NCBI GenBank assembly: GCA_037129835.1
Contig: JBAXUE010000002.1
Coordinates: 66,334 to 130,333, forward strand
Origin: a bacterium
GTDB taxonomy: Bacteria; Patescibacteriota; CPR2; UBA1875; CAIMLA01
Length of the DNA: 64,000 nucleotides
Direction: 5' to 3'
The position numbers and the translations under genes are program-made. The notes beneath the pieces were generated by a model. The model was not told the DNA's origin. It saw only the letters and a list, made by a program, of their open reading frames with translations, and ran no database searches. Positions 38,094 to 48,556 of the stretch are shown piece after piece; the first letter of the stretch is position 1, and the number at the start of each line of letters is the position of its first letter.

Positions 38094-39956
38094 TTAGCAC
38101 CCGCCTCCACCGCCACCGCCGCCACCACCACCAGCTCCACCAGAACCAGACATCGAAGAGCTAGCGACAGATGATGAAACAGAAGACATGGCCGATGAAA
38201 AAGAGTCGGCATTGAAGTTATTAAAAGAGCCGACATACCAAACGGGTGCATATGTATTGAAGTATTCCTTGCCATAGATATCTTCCATTTTCTTTGCCCA
38301 TTCTTTGGTAATGCCAAATACGATTGCATAGGGCAGTAGCTTTTCAAATATCCCCTCTTTTTCATAGAATCTTTGGCGATATTTTTCGGCAATATTCATA
38401 TAATATCTCAGTCCTTCTATTCTCCATCTAGCTTCTGCTCCCTTGGGCGTTACTTTGTCCATCAGAATCCCAAAGATAATGAGTATAGCCGCCGAGATAC
38501 CAAATGATGCGGTAACAAAAAAATTGGAACTTGCGATAATATAGGCAAGAAAAGCAAAGAAGCCACCTATGCTTAAAATAATTATTTGATTTTTACTACC
38601 GCTAGTATCTAAATATCCAGCTGAAACCAACTCTGCTTTTATTAGTTTTTCTACCATCGTATACGTGGTTGTGAATTTATTTTTTAAAGCCGATAGTTTC
38701 CTAGTTGTTTGAAGACCCATATCTACTTCGTTTTTGGGGTCATAGTCTCCTGGAGTTATTTTTGGCTTGCCCGAGAATATTAGTCCAATTTTGCCGATAA
38801 CATTTACCGGATCCATAAAAACACCTCGAATAAGTATCCTTTGATGCTCTTTGAGTTTACTAAAGTCCCGATTGAGTAGGGTGAATTGAAAATCCTTTCC
38901 GAGTCCTAGAAAGCTACCCTTGATTTCCTCGATTTTTAGATATTTGTTTGTTGCTAGATATACAAGTTCAGCAGCGATAAATTTATCTTTACCACCACCA
39001 CCTTGTAAGTAGCTGATCTCCCCAGGAGATAATTCGTCTGGTGGGTCGTATTCGGCAACTATCGCGGCTTTCTTCTTTGGGTCGCGGCCGTATTTATACC
39101 AAAACCAAAATACAAACGGGAAGAGGAACAAAGGGATTATTAACCAAAAAACATCAAAAGGAACGATATCGAAGAGTCCGAGCTTGGCGGCCGTGAATGT
39201 GTTTTTGGGTAGTTTTGCATCAATCGTAATCCCATCCCCTTTTCGCATAAGTTCTGTCCGCGTAAGTGATAAGGTGTTGTCGGTGTTCCAAGAAGCCGTA
39301 GAGCTAATGTTATTAGTGCCCCCTTGACTACCGTAGTATATCTTGTAATCTATCTGGTTTTCGGTAACGTTATCAGGGAATCTAATCGTCGCGACAACTT
39401 GGTCTATCTCCATGTCCCAGCTGTTGCCAGTAATATTCCAATTAAATCTGTCATAGTCAGAATTGGAATAGTCTATACCGTTTTTGACATGATAAGTTAC
39501 CATATATTCATTCACCCCCGATACATTTACTAGGTCATCCGCGATTCTCAAAGTGATGAGGCCACTTAAAGAATCAATAGTAGTTGTATAGTATCGGTTT
39601 TTTCCGGAAAAGTCAGTAACAGAAGAAATAACTATTGGCGTAAAGATAATATTACCCTGATCGCTTAGATAGCGAGTAGGTAAAACTCTAAAGATACCGT
39701 GTTTGTCATATACATCGCCAATATCTGCGGTAATTTTCTCCGTAATGTCTAATGATGAGTCCTGATTTACTATAATATTGGTCTCAAAATTCTGTACGTA
39801 CCACTCGGTGATGTTGGTGCGGCGAGGTGGTATCGATAACTCATTAAAGGTTAAATTGTCTGTGTTTAAGCTATCAGCTGTGAAACTATTTAGGGTCTGA
39901 GCTGATACGGTGATTGGAAACAATAATAAAGTTAAGAATATAAAAATTTTCTTCAT
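38094..39956 (-). CDS. DUF2207 membrane protein with C-terminal poly-Gly tail
   Basis: Signal peptide, DUF2207-like N-terminal domain, central TM helices, C-terminus SGSGGAGGGGGGGGGGGC encoded by a GC-rich simple repeat (38098-38140). Confidence 0.6.
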   Translation of the reverse strand: MKKIFIFLTLLLFPITVSAQTLNSFTADSLNTDNLTFNELSIPPRRTNITEWYVQNFETNIIVNQDSSLDITEKITADIGDVYDKHGIFRVLPTRYLSDQGNIIFTPIVISSVTDFSGKNRYYTTTIDSLSGLITLRIADDLVNVSGVNEYMVTYHVKNGIDYSNSDYDRFNWNITGNSWDMEIDQVVATIRFPDNVTENQIDYKIYYGSQGGTNNISSTASWNTDNTLSLTRTELMRKGDGITIDAKLPKNTFTAAKLGLFDIVPFDVFWLIIPLFLFPFVFWFWYKYGRDPKKKAAIVAEYDPPDELSPGEISYLQGGGGKDKFIAAELVYLATNKYLKIEEIKGSFLGLGKDFQFTLLNRDFSKLKEHQRILIRGVFMDPVNVIGKIGLIFSGKPKITPGDYDPKNEVDMGLQTTRKLSALKNKFTTTYTMVEKLIKAELVSAGYLDTSGSKNQIIILSIGGFFAFLAYIIASSNFFVTASFGISAAILIIFGILMDKVTPKGAEARWRIEGLRYYMNIAEKYRQRFYEKEGIFEKLLPYAIVFGITKEWAKKMEDIYGKEYFNTYAPVWYVGSFNNFNADSFSSAMSSVSSSVASSSMSGSGGAGGGGGGGGGGGC

Positions 39957-40063
39957 AAATATATCTTACACTTTATTGAAATTATTTAATACTAAAGTAT
40001 AAAATCTTAATTAAAATAATCTTTACAGTAATTCAGAAAGCGTTAAAAACTAAGCTTATGAGA

Positions 40064-43000
40064 TTATTCTTCTTTGCTTTCGATTTCCGCAGCTGCCTTG
40101 ATGGCTATCATGGTTTTCCAGAGATCTTGTAATGTGCTTAAGCCCTCGGTATGGCTAAGTGCGGCCTGACTCGGTTTGCTTATTTCGACGAAACCGGCTT
40201 TACCGATAATCTCAGGGACAAAACCTTGTGAGTCATCATTAATCGGTTTCTCATAGTCAGTCCACGGGTCTACAAAGGCTACTTCCATGTGTTTTTCGGT
40301 CGGCATTATCTCAACAAATTTTGTATGATCTTCACCGACACCATCCTTGGTTTTACCAAAAAATCGTAATGTTACTCCACCGAGAGATTCCTGTCTTCTG
40401 TTTAAAAAGTTGTAAAGACACTCGAGAGATCGGGGTGCTCTTCTAGTAGATTCATCCATAAATAAAGCTCTTCCTCCAAGCATTGAAATCATTTTGAGGA
40501 ATGTGAGATACTCATCGATCCCCTCTGGCTCATCTTTACTGGCGTTAGAAAGACTAGAAGGAATTTTCGTGCCATATATTGGTATTATAAGCTCATCGTC
40601 ATATCCAATAGCTTCTTTTGCCTCTGTAATTAATGTTTCGTCTAAGGCGCCAGTTTGTTCATACTCTTCAAAGGCGGCTTCAATCCGATCTTTATTTGCT
40701 CGTACAAAATTGCGAATATCATCGGTACGAAGCTCTTGGAGTATTTTTCTTTCTTTAGCAAACTGTTCTGGTAAGTATTCGGCTGCTACATCGGCAGGAC
40801 CAGTCCTCTCATTGGCAAGCAAAAAAACAGGGCTTTCTGGATTTTCTCTTTGATATAACAGAGCCGTATTCCAAGTAGTGACTGATGACTCAATATTATG
40901 TTCCATAGTTTCTATCAATTGCTCTGGAGTAAAATTTGATTTTCTACGATTTCTACCTTTTTTGTCTTCTAGTGAACCAAGCTGTTCGTAAAAAATATCT
41001 CCAGTAGTATAGGCTGAACCCTTTTCTATAATTTTTTGTGCGATATATTTTGCCATTTCTACCAGTGGTATTGCATTAGGATGTTCTCTTTTTATCTTCA
41101 CAAATTCTCTTAGAAACTCAACAGGCATCTTAAAATTCTTTGGCTTAATATTTAGATCGCTGACAATCTCATCGTAGATCTTTCTGATGTGTATATAATC
41201 GGAGGAAAAACGGTCAATCTGTGCTGCATCTTGGGAAAAAGGAACAAAACCTTCCTTGAAACCATCCAAAGAGGCTTCTAGCTTACTCTGTATCTGCTCT
41301 ACAGTATCATCTAGGGTTACTTGGTCTTCTGTCAGCCACCTAAGTGCCCGTGAAATTATTTGAAATCTATCGGCGTCAGAATAATTTTCTAGTTCCCTTG
41401 TTAGTATTTGTAGTTTTATTGGGTTATCAAACTGTTTATAACAGGAAATGTCCAGTAGTATCTGTGTGGCTTCTTTTCCCTCTGCAAACAAAGATGCTGT
41501 CAACTGTCCCAACTCAGAATTTTTTGTTTCCTCTAGGTCAGATATTCTTTCGTCGGAAATATTCGTAATGTTATCCACAAAAGTCATAAAAGAATCAAGT
41601 AATAGTTCTCGATTTTCTTTTTTGATACTACCGCTTTCTATAGTGTCTTGGTAAACGTCTATAAAATACCAGAAATTATCAAGACCGGTTTTGTCGATCA
41701 CTTTACTAAAAAATTCTATATCATCATCTCCGCTAAATAATTCGGGATTCGACACAAGATATTCGCAAAGCCTTGTATAATTTATTGCTTCAGTGTGATC
41801 TGTGGCAGACCCCAATATTTTATTTATAAAATCCTTGAAACCAGGCTTTTCGGCAAGAATAAAGACATTCGGCAAAGCCTCTTCGGATAAATATAGGTCA
41901 TAAAATAATTCATTATTTGCCCTTAAGTCTGTTATGTATGCGACATATTCGCTAGCTGCAGTCACCTGCTCTTTTGTAACTCCATGTACCTGTCCATATA
42001 ATTCGAACCCAGACTCGGAAATTTTGTCAGAAAGGAAAAGAGCATCCAATAACATTTTTGCAGTATTTTTGCTTTTCCCAAGCCTTTCGTAATTGTTCAA
42101 CAATACAAGGATAGCAGTCCTAACATATTCTAAATCTCCTTTATAGGTAAATTCTTGGAAGATTTCCACTAAAGAAGCTATAACTCTTGGGTTGGTAGCG
42201 GTTTGAAGTGCTTGGTCGAGCTCGTTTAGATGATCAGCTTTTGCTTGCTCTACATTCTCACTACCATCTTTATCTTTTTCTGGAAAATCTTCCATAATCC
42301 CAATGATAAAAAATCGCTCTTCTTCAGTTCCATTGTTGGCAAAATATAGTGCAGTTTGCCTTAAAAGGCGGCGAAATTCACGGTCATTGTCAAAATTACT
42401 TTTTTCTCCACTGTCTTGATACCAAAGTTGCAGGGTATTCGGATTGGCCTTGATGAAAAGTATAAAATCCAGAAGCTCTTTGGGGAGCTCTATTAGGTTT
42501 CTCAAGTCATCAGATGAAAGTGACTCTAGATATCCGGGTAACTGATCAATATATGGCCAACCTCCAGAATAACCTACCTCTCTAAAGGCATTTAGGACAT
42601 TAATCTTTACGGCCTCGGGATCTTTAAAAGAAAGAAGCATAGAGCTACATCTCACCGAAAGGTCTGAATGGTCGTTTATTACTGTCATTTCATCGATAAT
42701 TGATCTTTTTATTTTAGTACGGATTATATCGACTAGGGTTTCTCCAAAAATATCTGACAAACCAGGGGCTTCTATTAAGAATTTGATTAAATCACGTTTT
42801 TGATTAAGAAAATCACCATCAATTTCAGTTATTAATCGTTTTAGCATTGTGGTATCTGCAATTGAGTCTTTTTGAGGGTTGCTTTCGACTTGTCGTATGC
42901 GTTTTCTTATCAATTCGGCTAGATCATTGTATTTATCGAATTCTGTAAAAATAGTAACGGCATCTGCAATATTATTTCTACTAATATTCATTGATTTCCT

Positions 43001-43846
43001 GATCTCAGAGGCTAAATCATGGCCACCGATCTCCCTAATTTTTTCTTCAGTCTCTGAAAAGTCACCGTCTTGGTAAAATTCTAAAAGGGGTACTCTCGCT
43101 TTTTCTAAGTTTTCATCAGAAAGTGCTTTTATTTGTTTGACCAGATAGTCGCGATAAGGCCAGACAATCAATTCTTTTTCTGCTTCTTCTCGTGTCTTCC
43201 GAGCTTCTTGAACAAAGTATTCATAGAAGGAAAGACCCATCTTCTTTTGTAATTCTACCCCTGGATCTAACTCATCTTTTTCGGTTAGGATGCTATTTAC
43301 GGCTTGTTTCATCTCGTCGATCTCTTCCCAACCGACAGACATAGATGGTTCTGCGATACTAATGATTGAACTTATAGTTAGCGCGCCATTAAAATTATAA
43401 TATTCTGGTTGTACGGGGCTAGTAATATTTGAAGATTCTTTAAGTCTTGGGAGGTTATTTTGTAAAACCTTGATTCTAACGTTATTTTCTCTGATGGAAA
43501 TGCTCAGCTGGACAATTTCTGTGATGATTGTTTCTAGTTCTTGATTTGTATTATCTTTAGATAATATCTCTCTCAATTGAGACATTAATGTGAATAATTT
43601 TTCATCAAACCTGCCGTTCATTTCCACCCAAATTTTAAGAGACTTGCATAGTTCTTCATACTCCGTCACATCAATTTGTTCTTTCGACTCTAGTTCCATC
43701 TTATAGTCTACGATAGAGGGCAAAAGCGGTTTTGTAATGTCAATATATAGACGAGAAAGTAGTTCGTTCTTGTCAATGCGTTTTTCTAATCTTTGATAAG
43801 GCGTTTCCGGGAACTCTGTATTCTCATGTTCTATTTCTTGGCTCAT
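40064..43846 (-). CDS. Giant hypothetical protein (1260 aa), predominantly alpha-helical, no recognised domain
   Basis: Long uninterrupted ORF with coding-like composition. Confidence 0.5.
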   Translation of the reverse strand: MSQEIEHENTEFPETPYQRLEKRIDKNELLSRLYIDITKPLLPSIVDYKMELESKEQIDVTEYEELCKSLKIWVEMNGRFDEKLFTLMSQLREILSKDNTNQELETIITEIVQLSISIRENNVRIKVLQNNLPRLKESSNITSPVQPEYYNFNGALTISSIISIAEPSMSVGWEEIDEMKQAVNSILTEKDELDPGVELQKKMGLSFYEYFVQEARKTREEAEKELIVWPYRDYLVKQIKALSDENLEKARVPLLEFYQDGDFSETEEKIREIGGHDLASEIRKSMNISRNNIADAVTIFTEFDKYNDLAELIRKRIRQVESNPQKDSIADTTMLKRLITEIDGDFLNQKRDLIKFLIEAPGLSDIFGETLVDIIRTKIKRSIIDEMTVINDHSDLSVRCSSMLLSFKDPEAVKINVLNAFREVGYSGGWPYIDQLPGYLESLSSDDLRNLIELPKELLDFILFIKANPNTLQLWYQDSGEKSNFDNDREFRRLLRQTALYFANNGTEEERFFIIGIMEDFPEKDKDGSENVEQAKADHLNELDQALQTATNPRVIASLVEIFQEFTYKGDLEYVRTAILVLLNNYERLGKSKNTAKMLLDALFLSDKISESGFELYGQVHGVTKEQVTAASEYVAYITDLRANNELFYDLYLSEEALPNVFILAEKPGFKDFINKILGSATDHTEAINYTRLCEYLVSNPELFSGDDDIEFFSKVIDKTGLDNFWYFIDVYQDTIESGSIKKENRELLLDSFMTFVDNITNISDERISDLEETKNSELGQLTASLFAEGKEATQILLDISCYKQFDNPIKLQILTRELENYSDADRFQIISRALRWLTEDQVTLDDTVEQIQSKLEASLDGFKEGFVPFSQDAAQIDRFSSDYIHIRKIYDEIVSDLNIKPKNFKMPVEFLREFVKIKREHPNAIPLVEMAKYIAQKIIEKGSAYTTGDIFYEQLGSLEDKKGRNRRKSNFTPEQLIETMEHNIESSVTTWNTALLYQRENPESPVFLLANERTGPADVAAEYLPEQFAKERKILQELRTDDIRNFVRANKDRIEAAFEEYEQTGALDETLITEAKEAIGYDDELIIPIYGTKIPSSLSNASKDEPEGIDEYLTFLKMISMLGGRALFMDESTRRAPRSLECLYNFLNRRQESLGGVTLRFFGKTKDGVGEDHTKFVEIMPTEKHMEVAFVDPWTDYEKPINDDSQGFVPEIIGKAGFVEISKPSQAALSHTEGLSTLQDLWKTMIAIKAAAEIESKEE

Positions 43847-43945
43847 AAAGTAATATTAATATTATTTAAGCTTTATTACAAGAAACTATTATCATTGAGA
43901 TTCTTATTTCCTAGATATATGACATGGGTCTATTTTGTATATATG

Positions 43946-44752
43946 TTATAAAACTTTTAATTCTTTCGCACGCTTTATTTGAGAAATATCTTCTGGTATT
44001 TTCCCAGCTAGAGAGTTTCCTTTAAATGATTGAATAATCCTAACTTCTTCAATATCAATATCGACTCGACTGGTAGAGGCTAATACCAGTCCTGGTTCTC
44101 TGATTGTGCCTTTTGACGGACCACCCGTGATAAAGCATTTTCTAGCATCCATAATGATGAGATCTGGTGTATAGATAGTATTCATCTCAGCGACTTTCTC
44201 GGATACTTTGCCGAGATGTAGACTGATTCTCTCTGTTGGCTTCATAAAGCCAATAATAATCTTCAGTGCACCGGTAAAGTCAGCGATAAAGTGGGTTTTG
44301 CAGCAGGGCAAGAGAATAATCTTGTCTACTTCATCCATGATCTTTGGCACTGATACTTTCTTTAGATATTTTCCTTCTGGGATTTGTTTTGTCACCCACT
44401 GATGGTCATCAAAAATGTATATATCCGGTGGTGTCTTGGATTTCTGCAGGTCATAGACACATGCCTTGCACAATGTCTTTTCTGTTGATATAGAGTGATT
44501 ACTGATAGTAAAAGTTGAGCTCTCGCCCACTATCACCCTTTTGGCTCCAGCTGCGAAGACGAGCTCGACAGTAGCTGCCAAGAAGTCTGGTGCTGTCGAT
44601 GCCGGTGATTCATCCGCGGTATTGTAGTTGGGCTTTATTAGTACAGTCTCACCTTTTTTAACGAAATTATCAAAACCACCAATTTCATCAACTGCTTTTT
44701 GAATTGATGGCTTAATATCTTTTTCTGCTTTTACCTTGGCTATATGCATCAT
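43946..44752 (-). CDS. DUF362 domain protein
   Basis: ...VLIKPNYNT... and overall length typical of DUF362. Confidence 0.45.
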   Translation of the reverse strand: MMHIAKVKAEKDIKPSIQKAVDEIGGFDNFVKKGETVLIKPNYNTADESPASTAPDFLAATVELVFAAGAKRVIVGESSTFTISNHSISTEKTLCKACVYDLQKSKTPPDIYIFDDHQWVTKQIPEGKYLKKVSVPKIMDEVDKIILLPCCKTHFIADFTGALKIIIGFMKPTERISLHLGKVSEKVAEMNTIYTPDLIIMDARKCFITGGPSKGTIREPGLVLASTSRVDIDIEEVRIIQSFKGNSLAGKIPEDISQIKRAKELKVL

Positions 44753-44765
44753 AATTTTTTTATCC

Positions 44766-46043
44766 TTATCTGATTATGTCTTCCATCCCATGTTTTAAAA
44801 GTAATCTAATGAACTCCCCAGAGGTAAATATCTTTGCGAAGTTTGGTCCACTAGCGGTAAGGTCCGCACCTTCTTTTTCTGAGAGCAGCTTAAGTAGCGC
44901 TTCGGCTTCTTCTGGGTCAACGATATTTTCTACTGAGTGTGAGCTTTTCCCTCCGATTTGAATAGCTGATTTTCTTCTTTGTTTTCTTGTTTCTGACATG
45001 TAATAATCAGTCATAAATTTATCATAGTCTGGGTCCATCATAGATACCTCTCGATAGATTCCTTCATTGGTTAACTCAGTCATTTCTTCATTTATCTCAT
45101 ATCCGGTCATCATGACAGTGTCGCCTTCACTATTATCTATCCTGATTCTCCCACCCAAAATCTTAACAGCATATCCGTCTTTTAGTGTTCCGTCTGGTTT
45201 TAGTAGCCTTTCTTTGTAAAAGTTTTCAACTCTAGTCTTGAACTCGGCATTCTGCTTATAATGATTGTTATTTTTGATAAAACTGTTTATCAGCTGTCTT
45301 TCGAAATTAGCTATTATCACTTTTGCTAGTCTATCTTTTTCTTCTGGGTCGGTTACTAACTCTGGCTTTGACTCTAGGTGAATATATTCATGAGACAGTG
45401 TATGTGATACATCAAGTAGCTTCATTTGTCGTATTTGCTCTGGTGTATGAATAGCTGTGATCTCTGGGCTCTCAAACTGATATGAAAATTCCTGCATATT
45501 CTTTTTTACGTCTGCATAAGTCATATATGCCTTACCGTCCTCGACGAAGCTAGTAGTGGCAAATACATAATCTTTTCCTGGTTCTAGGTACATGGTGAAT
45601 TCAAATTCGTCCTTAAGAATCTTTTGTAGATCTTTTGTTTCAGTAGAACGACTGTCAGATTCTTTCTTTTCTATTACTTCGCCGTCCACTATTTCGAATA
45701 AATCGGCTGAGAAATCTGCTGCGATATCTGGGACAATTTTTTCCATTGCTTGTTTTACAGATATAGATGCTTCAGCTATCAATGATTGCATAACAGGGAT
45801 AATCTCTGCCTTTTCTTTCTCAATATCTCGGGTCATCTCATTAGCTTCATTTATTTGATCAATACTGTCTTGAGACCCCTTGGGGTCGTTCTCACGGTGT
45901 TTTGTAAAAAATCCCTCTGCTCTTGAGTAATCTTCTGTGCTAGGCAATGTAACATTGCGATCACTCGCTATTGCTTCTGCAATTTTCTTTACTACGAGTC
46001 CTTCTTTGTAGGCTTCGTCGTTGCTAAGTCTTTCTGGTGTCAT
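44766..46043 (-). CDS. Hypothetical protein with HExxH motif (SHEYIH)
   Basis: ORF; acidic; possible zincin-like. Confidence 0.35.
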   Translation of the reverse strand: MTPERLSNDEAYKEGLVVKKIAEAIASDRNVTLPSTEDYSRAEGFFTKHRENDPKGSQDSIDQINEANEMTRDIEKEKAEIIPVMQSLIAEASISVKQAMEKIVPDIAADFSADLFEIVDGEVIEKKESDSRSTETKDLQKILKDEFEFTMYLEPGKDYVFATTSFVEDGKAYMTYADVKKNMQEFSYQFESPEITAIHTPEQIRQMKLLDVSHTLSHEYIHLESKPELVTDPEEKDRLAKVIIANFERQLINSFIKNNNHYKQNAEFKTRVENFYKERLLKPDGTLKDGYAVKILGGRIRIDNSEGDTVMMTGYEINEEMTELTNEGIYREVSMMDPDYDKFMTDYYMSETRKQRRKSAIQIGGKSSHSVENIVDPEEAEALLKLLSEKEGADLTASGPNFAKIFTSGEFIRLLLKHGMEDIIR

Positions 46044-46168
46044 ATTATTCTTCCCTTATTATCAAATATTACCTCAGTTAGTTGTTGTAAACAACCTTAG
46101 TTTACAAAAGTTCGGAGCCCAAGATCGGGCCCCATTAGGGTGCCGTCCATGGGCTCATATTGTTCTAC

Positions 46169-46510
46169 TTACTTCTTCTCGAAGGCTGGTGGTTTTACCC
46201 ACACACCTCTTTTGCGAAGTAGCTTATAGAAACCTTTTAGGATATCTTGGTATTCCGACTCTACAGTCGAAATGTTGAGCTGTTGCCAAGCCTCCTTTAG
46301 TTCTCGATACGAGATGTTGCTCGCTAGTGACTTCCACTGGTCTTGAGCCCCAAAGTAGAAGATATAGCTACTAGGGCCGCATCGCTTTCCGGTGATGTGT
46401 ATCACTATTTCTCGACGACGATTCGACTTGCATAAATAGACTTTGACACAGTTGTGTCGAAAGCATCTGCCGATAAAGCCAAGCTTACTCACGATGGGTC
46501 CTCCTCTCAC
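46169..46510 (-). pseudogene. Cys/basic-rich ORF inside a GC-rich island; possibly a remnant of a larger disrupted gene (continues in another frame at 46534-46917)
   Basis: Atypical composition, adjacent out-of-frame ORF, no domain recognised. Confidence 0.2.
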
Positions 46511-47269
46511 TAGGGGCAGATTGTGCGACTACTCTAGCTGCGGTGCTTCTTCTTCCCTTTTCTTGGGTGAGCAGCAGTTACGGCCTTGCCACAACCTCTG
46601 GCGCAACATTTCCTGCAACGCCGCAGATCCTTTTCGTTACAGATTCGCATGCTCGCTCCCCCCGATAGTAATGGATACCAGACTAGGTGATAATATACTA
46701 AAATATTTGTCAGAGCAAGGTAAATCTGCTCAAAATTAATTAATAATTGTAAATATATTTTGTAATATGCGGCCATTTTCTTTGCATAAAGCCACAAAGG
46801 TTCTCTCAGCTTTTGCTCAGATTTGATGTATACAATATAGATGTCATTTAAACAAGGAAGGAGATGAATGACAAAACCTGGCGAGTAGTGATCGCCGCTA
46901 TCAAGACTTGGCGCCACTGGAGGACACGAATTTCACAAAGAGTTGGTGCTAGTGTGTCGCAAAAGTCGGATAGCAAATACAGTTCAGGGCTAGAAGTACA
47001 TATTCTCAGCTCGGGCAGGGTCACGAAAACCACCACAACTAAATATATATTTTTCATTCCACTCAAAATAATAGAGGCCATCCCCCGGCCTCTATTATTA
47101 TTAATATCAATAATGCAAAAAGCCATCGTTTGGGAACGATAGCTTCCATAGGCATTCCTCTCTGTTGTTGGAATAATAGATGGTTTGCTGTTTGGTCGAA
47201 GTCCTCTGCGATATTACTCGCTCTCTCACCTACTGGTGAGACCCATGGGCTCCATTGTTGCGGTGTTGA

Positions 47270-47512
47270 CTAGCTTGGGAATTTGATTCGCTTGCCAATT
47301 TTTTCGGCTCTTACTGCCTTAAGGAATTCTTCGGGTTCTATCCCAAAGTGCTCCGAGAGCCAGTTTTGAACCTCACAGAGGGCGTAGTTGCGTTCCCACA
47401 ACGTATCTCCTCTAAAGGACTGTGAAGCCAAAGCGATAACCTCCGCTCTGCTAAAACTGTCATAACCGTCTTTGTTGGTACTGTTACTCCCTTTCTTCAT
47501 GATTGTCTCCAA
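47270..47512 (-). CDS. Hypothetical small protein (80 aa) at the edge of a GC-rich island
   Basis: ORF only. Confidence 0.3.
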   Translation of the reverse strand: METIMKKGSNSTNKDGYDSFSRAEVIALASQSFRGDTLWERNYALCEVQNWLSEHFGIEPEEFLKAVRAEKIGKRIKFPS

Positions 47513-47632
47513 TCGCTAAACGCTGGTTTGATCCAACGCTGTCGTCTTATGAACGACAAGAACTGATAGGACTTAACACAAACGATATTATAGTCATTTA
47601 ACGGGGTTTTGTCAATAAGCATCAATAATAAA

Positions 47633-47664
47633 GCCGAGGTGATCTTTCCCCCTCGGTTTTATTT
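47633..47664 (-). terminator. Rho-independent terminator hairpin (ccgagg...cctcgg + T-run), usable on either strand
   Basis: 6-bp GC stem, 12-nt loop, TTTTATTT after on plus; T-rich after on minus; downstream of the ABC ATPase gene. Confidence 0.45.
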
Positions 47665-47672
47665 AATGGTAA

Positions 47673-48554
47673 TTATTTTGCTACTTTGCCGTCGACTATC
47701 GTGATCGTACGAGTGCAGAGTTTGGCCACTTCTGGATTATGGGTAACAATTATAAATGTCTGCCCGTGCTGATTGAGTCGAACTATAAGATCCATTATTT
47801 CTTTGGTCATTTTGATATCTAGTTCTCCTGTAAGCTCATCACCAAATATAATTGCTGGTTTATTTACTAGAGAGCGAGCTATTGCTACTCTCTGCCGTTG
47901 ACCGCCCGAAAGTTCGTTTGGAGTGTGAGTAAGTCTATCTCCAAGCCCCACAAGCCTTAACGATTTTTCTGCAAGTGCCCTTCGTTCGTTTCTCGGAGTT
48001 TTTCCATAACGGAGTGGTAGCATCACATTTTCTATGGCTGTCAGCGTTGGAATCAGATTGAAAGATTGAAAGACAAAGCCGAGCTCGCTAGATCGGACTT
48101 CTGGTAGTTTGTTTTGACTAATTCCAGTAACATTGACGCCTCGTAGAAATATCTGCCCAGTCGTTGGCTCGTCTAGAAGGCCTAGCATATTTAAAAGAGT
48201 TGATTTCCCAGAACCAGATGGTCCCATAATAGCAACCATCTCCCCCTTTTTAATATCTATGTCCACGCCATTTAGGGCATGGACAACAACCCCTTTTTCA
48301 TTTTTGCCTTCTTTTATTTTTTTACCCGTTAGAAAATGATAAGTTTCGACGTATTTTTCTTTATCAAATAAATCTTGTGCTTTTTCTAGTCTTATCTCAA
48401 TTTCAGAAATTTTTTCAGTATTATTCTTTGAAACTGCTTTTTCATAAGCATGATGAAGTTTGTGGATTGCTTCCTGGGCCTTTATTGCCACCTTCTTATT
48501 CCCCATAATGTAAACCTTGCGAAGGTTATTAAGCTTTAGAATAGTATCGGCCAT
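47673..48554 (-). CDS. ABC transporter ATP-binding protein (MacB/LolD/FtsE-like) with about 70-aa N-terminal coiled-coil extension
   Basis: GPSGSGKSTLLN Walker A, LSGGQRQRVAIARSL signature, IIFGDELTGELD Walker B. Confidence 0.85.
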   Translation of the reverse strand: MADTILKLNNLRKVYIMGNKKVAIKAQEAIHKLHHAYEKAVSKNNTEKISEIEIRLEKAQDLFDKEKYVETYHFLTGKKIKEGKNEKGVVVHALNGVDIDIKKGEMVAIMGPSGSGKSTLLNMLGLLDEPTTGQIFLRGVNVTGISQNKLPEVRSSELGFVFQSFNLIPTLTAIENVMLPLRYGKTPRNERRALAEKSLRLVGLGDRLTHTPNELSGGQRQRVAIARSLVNKPAIIFGDELTGELDIKMTKEIMDLIVRLNQHGQTFIIVTHNPEVAKLCTRTITIVDGKVAK

Positions 48555-48556
48555 GA

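Noticed and set aside
46521-46700. Group II intron 5' end (GTGCGAC)
   Set aside because: No domain V/VI consensus or intron-encoded RT/maturase ORF was recognisable. The motif alone is too short.
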